A stretch of 64,000 nt of DNA, taken from assembly GCA_044892525.1 (NCBI GenBank), contig CM097885.1:44580001-44644000 (forward strand), written 5' to 3'. Of this stretch, positions 15,089 through 23,465 are shown one piece after another. Below the pieces are notes generated by a model that saw nothing but the letters and a program-made list of their open reading frames with translations, was not told where the DNA came from and made no database searches. The position numbers were made by a program, and so were the translations under genes. Within the stretch, counting starts at the first letter, position 1, and the number at the start of each line of letters is the position of its first letter. This DNA comes from Schmidtea polychroa (taxonomy: Eukaryota).

Positions 15089-16246
15089 TCAAGTTTTCAA
15101 TGTCAACCTTGACATGTTGGATTGATGGGAAAACTGATTACATTTCGGAACAATTTTTGACTGATAAAATAATCTAATGAATTCCTCTCGAAATTGTCGA
15201 CAAGTACATAAATATATATAAAAGTTTGCTGCGTAATGGGTCAATGACAACATTTCTATTTGAACTTGAATGTTTTTATTCAGAAAATAAGCCTTCCAAC
15301 CTGGATCATGACGTATTTCATCGTCTGATAAACAAGTATCATCTTTAGTTAAATCCAACTTCATCATTTGTACAATGGAGGCCGGCAGTGATGTTATTAT
15401 TAAAAAGAATGAAACCGACAACAAAGAAATTGTCGCTGACAATTGTCGATCTTCGTGTTTTTTAGAAAAGTTTCTTGTTAATATTCGACGAAATTTATGC
15501 ACCCGGTTCAGTTTGACAATGACACCGATGTTGAGAAAAAGAATAAAAAAAGGAATAACGATAAAAATAAAACTTTCACTGATAAAATTAAACACAATAT
15601 AGAAATGAAATCTCCAGTCTTTTTGTGATTGAATTTTCGCTGAAGAAGAATTGAATCGCAATTCATAATGGCTAACCAACCATGAAACTATGTCTACACA
15701 GTCATCTGTTGAATCAACAAAATGTTTATAATGATAAAAATAATTCTGAGGTAAAGATAAAATAAAACAAATTATGAAAATTAAAATAATAACATGTTTT
15801 GTTCTTTCGAATGTACAGAGCTTCCGCTTGTATAACGGATAACAAACCGATATAAATCGTTCGACGGTAAATCCTAAAATCAAAAGAGGCGTAAGATATT
15901 GCAACACCATATTCATCATAGGAAACAGATGGCACATGACATGATTCTTTATGGTATGAATATTGTAGATTGATTGTAAATGCCATATCAAATGTCTACC
16001 AAAAAATAGGCAGTCTACGACAGCAAGAACTGCCAAATAGAGAGATGACACCATATGATGCATTGAATATCTCGTCCAAATATAAATGCTGATCAAATTT
16101 CCCGGGAATCCTAGCACAAACCACACAGGAATGAAAACAACTTCTAGCTTATATTTGATTGTAAACTGATTATCAAACTCCAAATCACTTTTGTGGCGCA
16201 AATAAGCACTTTTTGATCCATTTAAACAAATCAGAGAGCTGTTCAT
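15089..16246 (-). CDS. Rhodopsin-class (family A) GPCR, probably a neuropeptide-receptor type; coding region intronless
   Basis: 385 aa with seven hydrophobic segments: GFPGN (TM1), LAVVD (TM2), TVERFISVCYP (ERF variant of DRY), ANFYIY...FR (TM7/helix 8). Confidence 0.93.
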   Translation of the reverse strand: MNSSLICLNGSKSAYLRHKSDLEFDNQFTIKYKLEVVFIPVWFVLGFPGNLISIYIWTRYSMHHMVSSLYLAVLAVVDCLFFGRHLIWHLQSIYNIHTIKNHVMCHLFPMMNMVLQYLTPLLILGFTVERFISVCYPLYKRKLCTFERTKHVIILIFIICFILSLPQNYFYHYKHFVDSTDDCVDIVSWLVSHYELRFNSSSAKIQSQKDWRFHFYIVFNFISESFIFIVIPFFILFLNIGVIVKLNRVHKFRRILTRNFSKKHEDRQLSATISLLSVSFFLIITSLPASIVQMMKLDLTKDDTCLSDDEIRHDPGWKAYFLNKNIQVQIEMLSLTHYAANFYIYLCTCRQFREEFIRLFYQSKIVPKCNQFSHQSNMSRLTLKT

Positions 16247-16653
16247 TTGACGAATCTAAAACTAAAAAAAAATACAAATATTTGTAGTTGTGACAATTGA
16301 TAAATATTTGTCATTTAATATAAAAGATTTGAGGCATAAACACGTGAAATTTGTCTGTAAAATAAATTATTTTTTTCATTAGATATATTCAAAAATAAAA
16401 ATATATTAAGTAAATATCGAAAATGATAGCCAATTATTAGTAAAAACGCTAAAACGTCAAACAAATGAAATATATTTCAAGGAAAAATATCTTCATAATC
16501 AGTCTGAGTGAATTTTAATAATAAGGTATTGTGATTTAATCACCAATACCTCACATAAAATTCTTATTTATTAATGAAGCTTTAATATAAAATAGTTAAA
16601 ACATTCAATGAGCAATGAATATATTGAGATTATTTAATTAACTCATTAAATCA

Positions 16654-16916
16654 AGTAGTGAGGAATCTATGCACCCCAGCACCCCCACCCTAAAAAAAAA
16701 CAGCGCTATTGACCCATATTTTCCACATTTATATGCTTTTTTACCCCATATTCTTCAATTTTTTTAACTTTTAAACTTTGTCCCCTATTGCCATTAACCC
16801 TTAATTTCTTCCCTTAAAAGTAAAAAAGTTCGGAATAGATGTATTTATAGATTAGTAATTCCGAGAAAAGGTAACGGGGTGCATAGATTCCTCACTACTT
16901 GGTCTTAAGGATTTAA
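16654..16916 (+). repeat. Left terminal inverted repeat of the Polinton
   Basis: Reverse complement of 31556-31818, about 3 substitutions seen by eye. Holds an internal inverted copy of its first 24 bp at 16876-16899. Confidence 0.97.
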
Positions 16917-17327
16917 TGTTATAAGGATTTAATGTTATAAGAATATCAGATTACCTAATTCATAATGATCTAGGTCGCCTGATCACCTTAAGGTTTTGAA
17001 AGTTTTAAAAATAAAAAATTTTATGAAATAGTAAAACTGCTCTGAGAGGACAGTGGTTTTTTTTTTTTTTTTTCACTGTCCTCTCAACAGTTTTTTTTTT
17101 GATCCGGATCATTTTTTTTTATTCAACCTCTTTCGTTTATCAAATCTCTTCCAATATACAAGCTGGCCAGACTCATACATCAGAATCAATTCGATAATAG
17201 CAGCACACCTTATTATTCGCTTCTCGCTCGAATACGATTTCATCGGCGTTTTAAGTGTGCTGCTCGAAAGTACAAATGAATTCGAAAGCGAATCCGAAAG
17301 AGGTCCGAAAACAACTGAGAAATAAAT

Positions 17328-17400
17328 GTGCACATTACCGGAATCGATCCGGGGGTGTTCGAAAGACAGGTGGCGATAATTACCGGTTCGCCACCATCAC
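17328..17400 (-). ncRNA. tRNA-like Pol III-type unit 1 (candidate small RNA gene)
   Basis: A-box-like TGGCGAACCGG; D-stem GCGA/TCGC extendable to GGTGGCGA/TCGCCACC; TGT-CTTTCGA-ACA stem-loop; T-arm CCGG-ATCGATT-CCGG with B-box-like GGATCGATTCC. Confidence 0.45.
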
Positions 17401-17577
17401 CCGTTTCAATATTTTTTTTTTCATATTTATGTTTAAAAAATAATTAATTAATAAAAAAATAAAATAAAATAAAATAAATAAAATAAAATATACAAGTACT
17501 TTATAAATATAAGATACCCACACTATTTTCAATATTATTTTCAAATTTTTAATATTATTTTATGTTGAAAAAAAACT

Positions 17578-17650
17578 AACCTCAGATGTGATTTGAACCA
17601 CTATCCATTTGAACCACTGTGCCAGTCTATTCCCACTGCGCCATCAAGGT
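17578..17650 (-). ncRNA. tRNA-like Pol III-type unit 2
   Basis: A box TGGCGCAGTGG, B box GGTTCAAATC (the AGTGGTTCAAAT block is duplicated), ends complementary (ACCT.../...AGGT), T8 run 2 nt downstream. Confidence 0.55.
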
Positions 17651-17897
17651 TTGAATTTTTGTCATTTTTTAGACTATAAATAATCGATTCAAGTTCTTTA
17701 ACTCTTTCCTGTAATTGTTTCATTTTCTTCAATCTTATATCAGCAACATCTACAGCCTTCATATAAAAATGTCGATACTTTTCATTATCTACCATCAACT
17801 CTTTGATGTATTCTAATGGTTCTTCTTCTCTTCTTTTCATTCTCTTATGTTTAACTTCATTCAATTCATTTCTCATTCTTTCTTTTAACTCATCCAT
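17601..17897 (-). CDS. Small charged coiled-coil protein of the Polinton, function unknown
   Basis: 98-aa ORF with the TAAAAATG start context seen in the other element genes. E/K/R-rich heptad pattern. The 3' end overlaps tRNA-like unit 2. Confidence 0.55.
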   Translation of the reverse strand: MDELKERMRNELNEVKHKRMKRREEEPLEYIKELMVDNEKYRHFYMKAVDVADIRLKKMKQLQERVKELESIIYSLKNDKNSNLDGAVGIDWHSGSNG

Positions 17898-18061
17898 TTT
17901 TATAAATATTTTTTTTATTGGATATATTAATTTTTGGTAGTTAAAACGTTTTTGATCTTAAATTTCCAAGAGTTGCCGTTGACCAATCTCCTTAAAAATT
18001 TGTACAAGTACTAAATCGAGTATGCTGATCAATATTTCGTTAAAAAAAATATGAAAAAAAA

Positions 18062-18134
18062 TGACCGAAATGGGATTTGAACCCATTGGTATTGGCAATG
18101 CAGTCGAGTGCTATTACCACTAAGCTATTAGAGC
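18062..18134 (-). ncRNA. tRNA-like Pol III-type unit 3 (tRNA-Cys-like loop CTGCATT, anticodon stem unpaired)
   Basis: 73 nt with canonical tRNA spacing: A box TAGCTTAGTGG, D-stem GCT/AGC, perfect T-arm ATGGG-TTCAAAT-CCCAT, immediately followed by T8. Confidence 0.65.
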
Positions 18135-18303
18135 TATACTCAATATAAAATAAGTTGTTAATGTGTGACTATTTATTGATGAAATTAATAATTAATTATT
18201 CATTTTCTCGACAACTACCACTCAGATCCATCTGAAAATTTAAATATATACTAAAATCAGTACGCTGAATCAGATTCCGTTGAAAAAAAATATCGATAAA
18301 AAT

Positions 18304-18377
18304 TGACCAAAATCGAAAATTGAACCCGGTACTCCCGGTGATAAAATTGAAGCCTATTCCCACTCCGCTATAATGGC
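18304..18377 (-). ncRNA. tRNA-like Pol III-type unit 4
   Basis: A box TAGCGGAGTGG, B-box-like GGTTCAATTT, then T5. Flanks are homologous to those of unit 3 (243-bp period). Internal T4 runs may terminate Pol III early. Confidence 0.5.
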
Positions 18378-18433
18378 TTACATAATATATTTAATTAATC
18401 CTATTTTGTGTGTGTAAATTTTAATATATAAAA

Positions 18434-19726
18434 ATGAATAACATAAATCTTAAAATTCAAGAAAAAAATAAATTAAATCTTGATTATAATAAAGAATTTA
18501 CTCATGAAATTAAAAAAAATGATATTTTAAAAATCTCTCCAACTTCAGGATCTATTGCAAACTTAAATCGTAGGGGTGATATAGTTTTTCAATCTCTTCA
18601 AACATCAAACCCAATAGATATTTGTAATGCCAAATTATATTACAAAGTAGAATTAGAAATTGAAGCAAACAAAGATATAACCCTAGAAAATAATTTCTTT
18701 CCAAATTTATTCTCCAACATGAGATTAAAACTAGGATCATCAGAAATTGAAACTGTTTTGCATCCGGGAGTATATTCTACAATGTTAAATTTTATTTTGA
18801 CTGGTTGTGATTATAAAAACGAATATGGTGAATTAACAGGTTGGATTCCTGATGTTAATATAGGGGATTTAGATAAAGATGGTTTAGATGTAAACCATGG
18901 TTACCATAAAAGAGCTGAACTTTATAAATCTAAAAAATTTGAAGGTTATTTTGAATTAAAACACTTGTTTGGATTCCTTCAAAACTATAATCGTATACTT
19001 CATAATGTTTTTATAGAATTCATCTGTAATAGAGTAGAAGGTGATAAAAGATTGTTCTATGGAGCTGTAGATACAAAAGCTAAATTAAAATTATCAACAC
19101 TTGAATTACATATACCTGAATGGACATTAAACCCACATTCTGAGATTAAACTCCTTGAAAGATTAAATTCCAACAAGTCTATAAATGTAAATTATTTAAA
19201 TAGAATCTGTAGTGAATTTAGTATGACAGAGGGTTCAACATATTCTATAAAGGTAGCAAATTTAGCATACCGACCAAGATATATCTTGATTGGATTCAAA
19301 GAAACAGATTCATCTTTCCAAAAAAATAACAATCTATTTATTCAAAAGATTGGAGATGATAATTTAAAAACAATCCAAATTCAATTAAATAGTTCTTATT
19401 ATCCAATAAATAGAATGGAATTTAATATTGAAAATAATGAAAACATATTCCCATATCTAAATTATATTGAAACATGTTATGATTTCAAAGTTGAACCGCA
19501 ATTAAGTTTAGAAGATTTCAAAAATTTATATTCTATATTTTGTATAAATGTATCAGACCAAGATGATCGATTAGCCATAAATAATGTTGATGTTACACTT
19601 CATGTAACAAAGGATTCTAATTTTAAAGCTAAAGTATATACATTAATATTAGAAGAAAAGAAAATAGAAATGAAATTATATGGTGGAAAGATTTCAATAA
19701 TCGAAAATGTTAGGGGAGATTCTTAA
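18434..19726 (+). CDS. Polinton major capsid protein (double jelly-roll, hexon-like)
   Basis: 430 aa. Size and motifs (LFSNMRLKLG, LKHLFGF, PRYILIGF, IQLNSSYYP, YSIFCINVS) are typical of Polinton MCPs. Confidence 0.85.
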   Translation: MNNINLKIQEKNKLNLDYNKEFTHEIKKNDILKISPTSGSIANLNRRGDIVFQSLQTSNPIDICNAKLYYKVELEIEANKDITLENNFFPNLFSNMRLKLGSSEIETVLHPGVYSTMLNFILTGCDYKNEYGELTGWIPDVNIGDLDKDGLDVNHGYHKRAELYKSKKFEGYFELKHLFGFLQNYNRILHNVFIEFICNRVEGDKRLFYGAVDTKAKLKLSTLELHIPEWTLNPHSEIKLLERLNSNKSINVNYLNRICSEFSMTEGSTYSIKVANLAYRPRYILIGFKETDSSFQKNNNLFIQKIGDDNLKTIQIQLNSSYYPINRMEFNIENNENIFPYLNYIETCYDFKVEPQLSLEDFKNLYSIFCINVSDQDDRLAINNVDVTLHVTKDSNFKAKVYTLILEEKKIEMKLYGGKISIIENVRGDS

Positions 19727-19755
19727 TATAATCCCTGATATTTTAACATTTTAAA

Positions 19756-21141
19756 ATGTCTCTAAATAAATATTGGAGATGTGAAACTTGTAATTGTCAA
19801 GTTACAAGACATCATAAAGCAAGTCATTTAAAAACTAAAAAACATACAGGAGGCGATCTACAATCTTCAAAAACAACATCTTCAATATTAAAACCTTTTA
19901 CTACAGAAAAATATCCAGGTGAAAGACATTTATTTAAACACAACTATACTGGACCAGGAACAAGATTAGATATTAGATTAGATGAAAATAATAATCCCAA
20001 ACAAGGAGAAGAACCAATAAATAGAATTGATCAAGCAGCTTTAAAACATGACATTGCATACAATTCAACAAATCTTAGAGATAGACATGTTGCAGATGTG
20101 AATTTAATACATGATTTAAATAGTATCCAAAATCCATCAACCCAAGAAAAGATTCAAAGAGCTCTAGTTAAATTAGCAATGAAAGGTAAGATTTTCATAG
20201 GCTTAGGACACAGTCCGATCACCATGGGTGCAAGACTTCCTAGGAAAGCAAAAGATGTTGCTTATAAAAAGATTATCGAACAAGCAGACATTGAAAGATC
20301 CCTTGAGAATATATCCAAGACTAGTTTACAAACCCCAACAGAATCAGAAATAAAATATGCAAAGGAATTACACCATGAATTTAGAAAAAATAAAAAATAT
20401 TTAAAAGTTCAAGTACATGAAAAAGATCAAACATGGTCTGCAGATTTAGTCTTTATGCCCAAATCATCAGACCCTGAAAAATATAAAATAATTTTAACTG
20501 TAATAGATTTATATACAAGATTTGCTTTTGCAAGGTGTTTAGAAAATAAAACAGGATATTCTATTACAGAAGCATTTGAAAATATGTTTGAAGAAAATCA
20601 AAGAATCCCAAAATATTTATGGTGTGATAAAGGAACAGAATTTTATAACAAAGTTTTTACAAAGTTTTTAAATGAAAATGATATTAAATTATATTCAACA
20701 GAAAACGAAGGAAAAGCAGTCGTAGTTGAAAGATTAAATAGAACATTAAAAAATAAAATGTGGAAATATTTTACTGCTATTGGAAAACAAAAATGGAACA
20801 ATGAATTGTTACAAAAGATTGTAAATGAATATAATAATGATGTACATAGTTCTATAAAATTAACACCTTTAAATGCTTCCATGAAGCCTGAAACCATTAA
20901 AGTGGTAAATATTGAAAATGATGTTATTGAAAAACCAAAGTTTAAAATTGGTGACCGAGTAAGAATATTTAAATATAAAAATAAATTTGAAAAAGGATTC
21001 ACAGCAAAATGGACAAATGAAATTTTTATTATAAATAAAATAAATTATACAACTCCAATAACATATAGCATCTTTGATTTAAATAATGAAAAAATATTAG
21101 GTAGATTTTATAATAATGAACTACAGAAAACAGATTTTTAA
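19756..21141 (+). CDS. C2H2 zinc finger + parvovirus-type phospholipase A2 + rve (DDE) integrase fusion
   Basis: CETC..H..KKH; YTGPG Ca-loop, DQAALKHDIAY and a downstream D; integrase WSADL / CDKGTEF / VERLNRTLK; C-terminal FKIGDRVRI domain. Confidence 0.93.
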   Translation: MSLNKYWRCETCNCQVTRHHKASHLKTKKHTGGDLQSSKTTSSILKPFTTEKYPGERHLFKHNYTGPGTRLDIRLDENNNPKQGEEPINRIDQAALKHDIAYNSTNLRDRHVADVNLIHDLNSIQNPSTQEKIQRALVKLAMKGKIFIGLGHSPITMGARLPRKAKDVAYKKIIEQADIERSLENISKTSLQTPTESEIKYAKELHHEFRKNKKYLKVQVHEKDQTWSADLVFMPKSSDPEKYKIILTVIDLYTRFAFARCLENKTGYSITEAFENMFEENQRIPKYLWCDKGTEFYNKVFTKFLNENDIKLYSTENEGKAVVVERLNRTLKNKMWKYFTAIGKQKWNNELLQKIVNEYNNDVHSSIKLTPLNASMKPETIKVVNIENDVIEKPKFKIGDRVRIFKYKNKFEKGFTAKWTNEIFIINKINYTTPITYSIFDLNNEKILGRFYNNELQKTDF

Positions 21142-21152
21142 GTCGACAAGCC

Positions 21153-21944
21153 CTAAAACAAACTTTTCCATATTTCAGCTTCTTCTCTATCCAAATAAAT
21201 ATAATTATATTTTTCTTTCCAATGATTATCAACAAACATATCAAACATATTCTTATCAGGTTCAACATTTGAAAATAAATCATTATAAATCATATTCTTA
21301 TCACGGCGATCTAATTTAAAAAATATAAAACAATTGGAATTATTTCTTATTGAATTTTTATCTAAAGCATAATATGTTTGAGATATATAAATAACATTAC
21401 AATTATTATGTCGACCTCGTGTAAAGTAACTCTTTTGAATCTCTTGATTTTTCATATTAACAACATCATCAAATATAACTAGATTCTTTTTATCTTTAGG
21501 AAGTAAATCACAATGTAAAACATCTTCAGGTTTATTAGAGAATAAAACTTGAATTGCCTCCTGCCCTTCTTCACAAATATAATCATTTTTATTACTAATA
21601 TCTGATTCTAAAATCTTTTCCTTATACCAATCAACCATATCACAAGGTTGAAAAACTTCTTCAGGACACCTATGTTGATTTTTAAAAATATCAATTATTG
21701 CTTTTTTAGTTAATTTATTTTCAAATCCACATTTCAAAAGTTGTAATTCTGGTTGATTTATGGTTGTAGAATAAAAGATTAAATTATTATAATCTAAAAA
21801 ATCATCTTCAAGTAACATTCTCAAAACAAGTACATTCTTTCCACATCCAGAAGAACCAACAATTAATAATCTAAAATTATCAGGAAATACTTTATTATTA
21901 AATTTACTCTTATGTCTATTTAAAATTGGTTTCCAAGTATCCAT
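21153..21944 (-). CDS. A32/FtsK-like genome-packaging ATPase
   Basis: Walker A GSSGCGKN, Walker B LVIFDD, RGRH and YISQTY motifs. Confidence 0.93.
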   Translation of the reverse strand: MDTWKPILNRHKSKFNNKVFPDNFRLLIVGSSGCGKNVLVLRMLLEDDFLDYNNLIFYSTTINQPELQLLKCGFENKLTKKAIIDIFKNQHRCPEEVFQPCDMVDWYKEKILESDISNKNDYICEEGQEAIQVLFSNKPEDVLHCDLLPKDKKNLVIFDDVVNMKNQEIQKSYFTRGRHNNCNVIYISQTYYALDKNSIRNNSNCFIFFKLDRRDKNMIYNDLFSNVEPDKNMFDMFVDNHWKEKYNYIYLDREEAEIWKSLF

Positions 21945-21960
21945 TTTTATTTATTATAAA

Positions 21961-22539
21961 ATGACAACTGAAGAATCTTTGCAAGAATTAATAAATTCAA
22001 ATAAAAATAAATCAGTAGTAATTGATGTTAAAAAATATTTTATTGGAAAACATATAAAAGAACAAGTTAGAGCGAAGCTCCACGAAGCTAAAGAAGGTGG
22101 CATTCTTCCATTAGCTGCTTTAATACCTGCAATCATTGCTGGTTTATCAGGTGCTGCTGGAATAGCTGGAGGAATTGCAACTACAGTTCAAAAAGCTAAA
22201 GAATCTCAAAAGACAGACCTAGAAAAAGAAAAACTACAAACTGAAATCGATTCAATGAAGAAGGTAGGGCAAGCTAAAGGGGGAGTGTCCGTTGGAAAGG
22301 GTCTCTATCTTAATCCATATGAGGGGAGTCGGCAAAAGTCTCAGGGCAAAGGTCTCTATCTTGATCCTTATAAAGGTAGAGGTTTAAATGATTTTTTAAA
22401 AAATCAAATTTCTACATCTGAATCTTTATCTTCAAAAGATAAAGAAGATTTAAAAAAAATATGTAAATCTTTAAAGAATGGATGCCTTTGTAAAACTAAA
22501 AATGGTAAAGGATTATACTTGAAGCCCTTCGAACTATGA
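21961..22539 (+). CDS. Adenovirus protein X (pX/mu)-like virion core protein with GxG repeats
   Basis: GGILPLAALIPAIIAGLSGAAGIA resembles the adenoviral pX precursor segment GGILPLLIPLIAAAIGA. Three GKGLYLxP repeats. Confidence 0.7.
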   Translation: MTTEESLQELINSNKNKSVVIDVKKYFIGKHIKEQVRAKLHEAKEGGILPLAALIPAIIAGLSGAAGIAGGIATTVQKAKESQKTDLEKEKLQTEIDSMKKVGQAKGGVSVGKGLYLNPYEGSRQKSQGKGLYLDPYKGRGLNDFLKNQISTSESLSSKDKEDLKKICKSLKNGCLCKTKNGKGLYLKPFEL

Positions 22540-22561
22540 TACCATTTTTGATACCATTAAA

Positions 22562-23443
22562 ATGGTATATGAAGAAAGATTAGCACTTTTAAAAAAATTA
22601 CAATCAGAACAAGATAAATATAATAAAAAAGATACAACTCAACATGCTGAATCTATAATATTAAATGAGGTAATAACACAACAACAGGGGCCAACAATTA
22701 AAGCTATAAAAGAGTTGGAAGATTTCAATGAGCAAGCAAAATTTAAAGAGTTAGAAGATAAAAAACAAAAAATAAAAGAACTAGAGTGGCAGGATAAAGA
22801 AAAAGAATCCAGTGAAAACCATCCTGAAAGAAATCAAAGAAAACGCAGAAGAATTTCTAATGTGGAAGAAGAAGAAATGTTTTTAAAAACAAAACCTCTT
22901 AAAGTTGATCCTAAAATTAGAGATGATTTACCTCCTTCAATTAGACCCACATTTAATACTAATACTGAAGGATATCAAATAATAACAATTAATAAACAAA
23001 ACTTTACTTTATATTCAAATTCAGAAAATAAATCACGTATTCATTCACAAAATGTTTATAATAATGAATATTTAGACTTTGAATTTACAGATGATTTTTA
23101 TAGATTACTTTGTGGATATTCTTCAGATGATGTTGAAGAAATTAAAAAATATTTAAATTTAATAAGATTAATAAGAGCTAGTTCTAAAGCAAAATATATT
23201 CAAGATTTAAAGAATTATTTAAATAAAAATGAAAAGGGTTATGTTGTTACAGAGGGAGAGGGATTAATTAGTGAAGGTGGTAAACCAAATCCCATCAATC
23301 TTTTTATTGAATTAAGAAAACTATTAGCTGCAAGGAAAGCAGGACATAATAATTTAGATTCTGATATTTTAAAGATTTCTAAAGATTTGTTAAAACAAGG
23401 AATAATTTCAAAAGATAAATTTAATAAGTATACGAAGTTATAA
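22562..23443 (+). CDS. Polinton hypothetical protein, probably virion core
   Basis: Intact 293-aa ORF in the structural block. Basic RKRRR stretch, a GEGL site, and a C-terminal LLAARKAGHNN...LLKQGII helical motif recalled from Polinton proteins. Confidence 0.7.
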   Translation: MVYEERLALLKKLQSEQDKYNKKDTTQHAESIILNEVITQQQGPTIKAIKELEDFNEQAKFKELEDKKQKIKELEWQDKEKESSENHPERNQRKRRRISNVEEEEMFLKTKPLKVDPKIRDDLPPSIRPTFNTNTEGYQIITINKQNFTLYSNSENKSRIHSQNVYNNEYLDFEFTDDFYRLLCGYSSDDVEEIKKYLNLIRLIRASSKAKYIQDLKNYLNKNEKGYVVTEGEGLISEGGKPNPINLFIELRKLLAARKAGHNNLDSDILKISKDLLKQGIISKDKFNKYTKL

Positions 23444-23465
23444 ATACGAAGTTTTAAAATACAAA

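Noticed and set aside
17160..17330. Hammerhead ribozyme suggested by repeated CGAAA
   Set aside because: No CTGANGA core correctly placed with three stems was found on either strand.
18304..18377. Unit 4 as a nonsense-suppressor tRNA (TTA at the anticodon position) reading through the TAA and TAG in pPolB and the protease
   Set aside because: There is no anticodon stem, the unit has internal T runs, and many element genes end normally in TAA. Single-base nonsense mutations are simpler.
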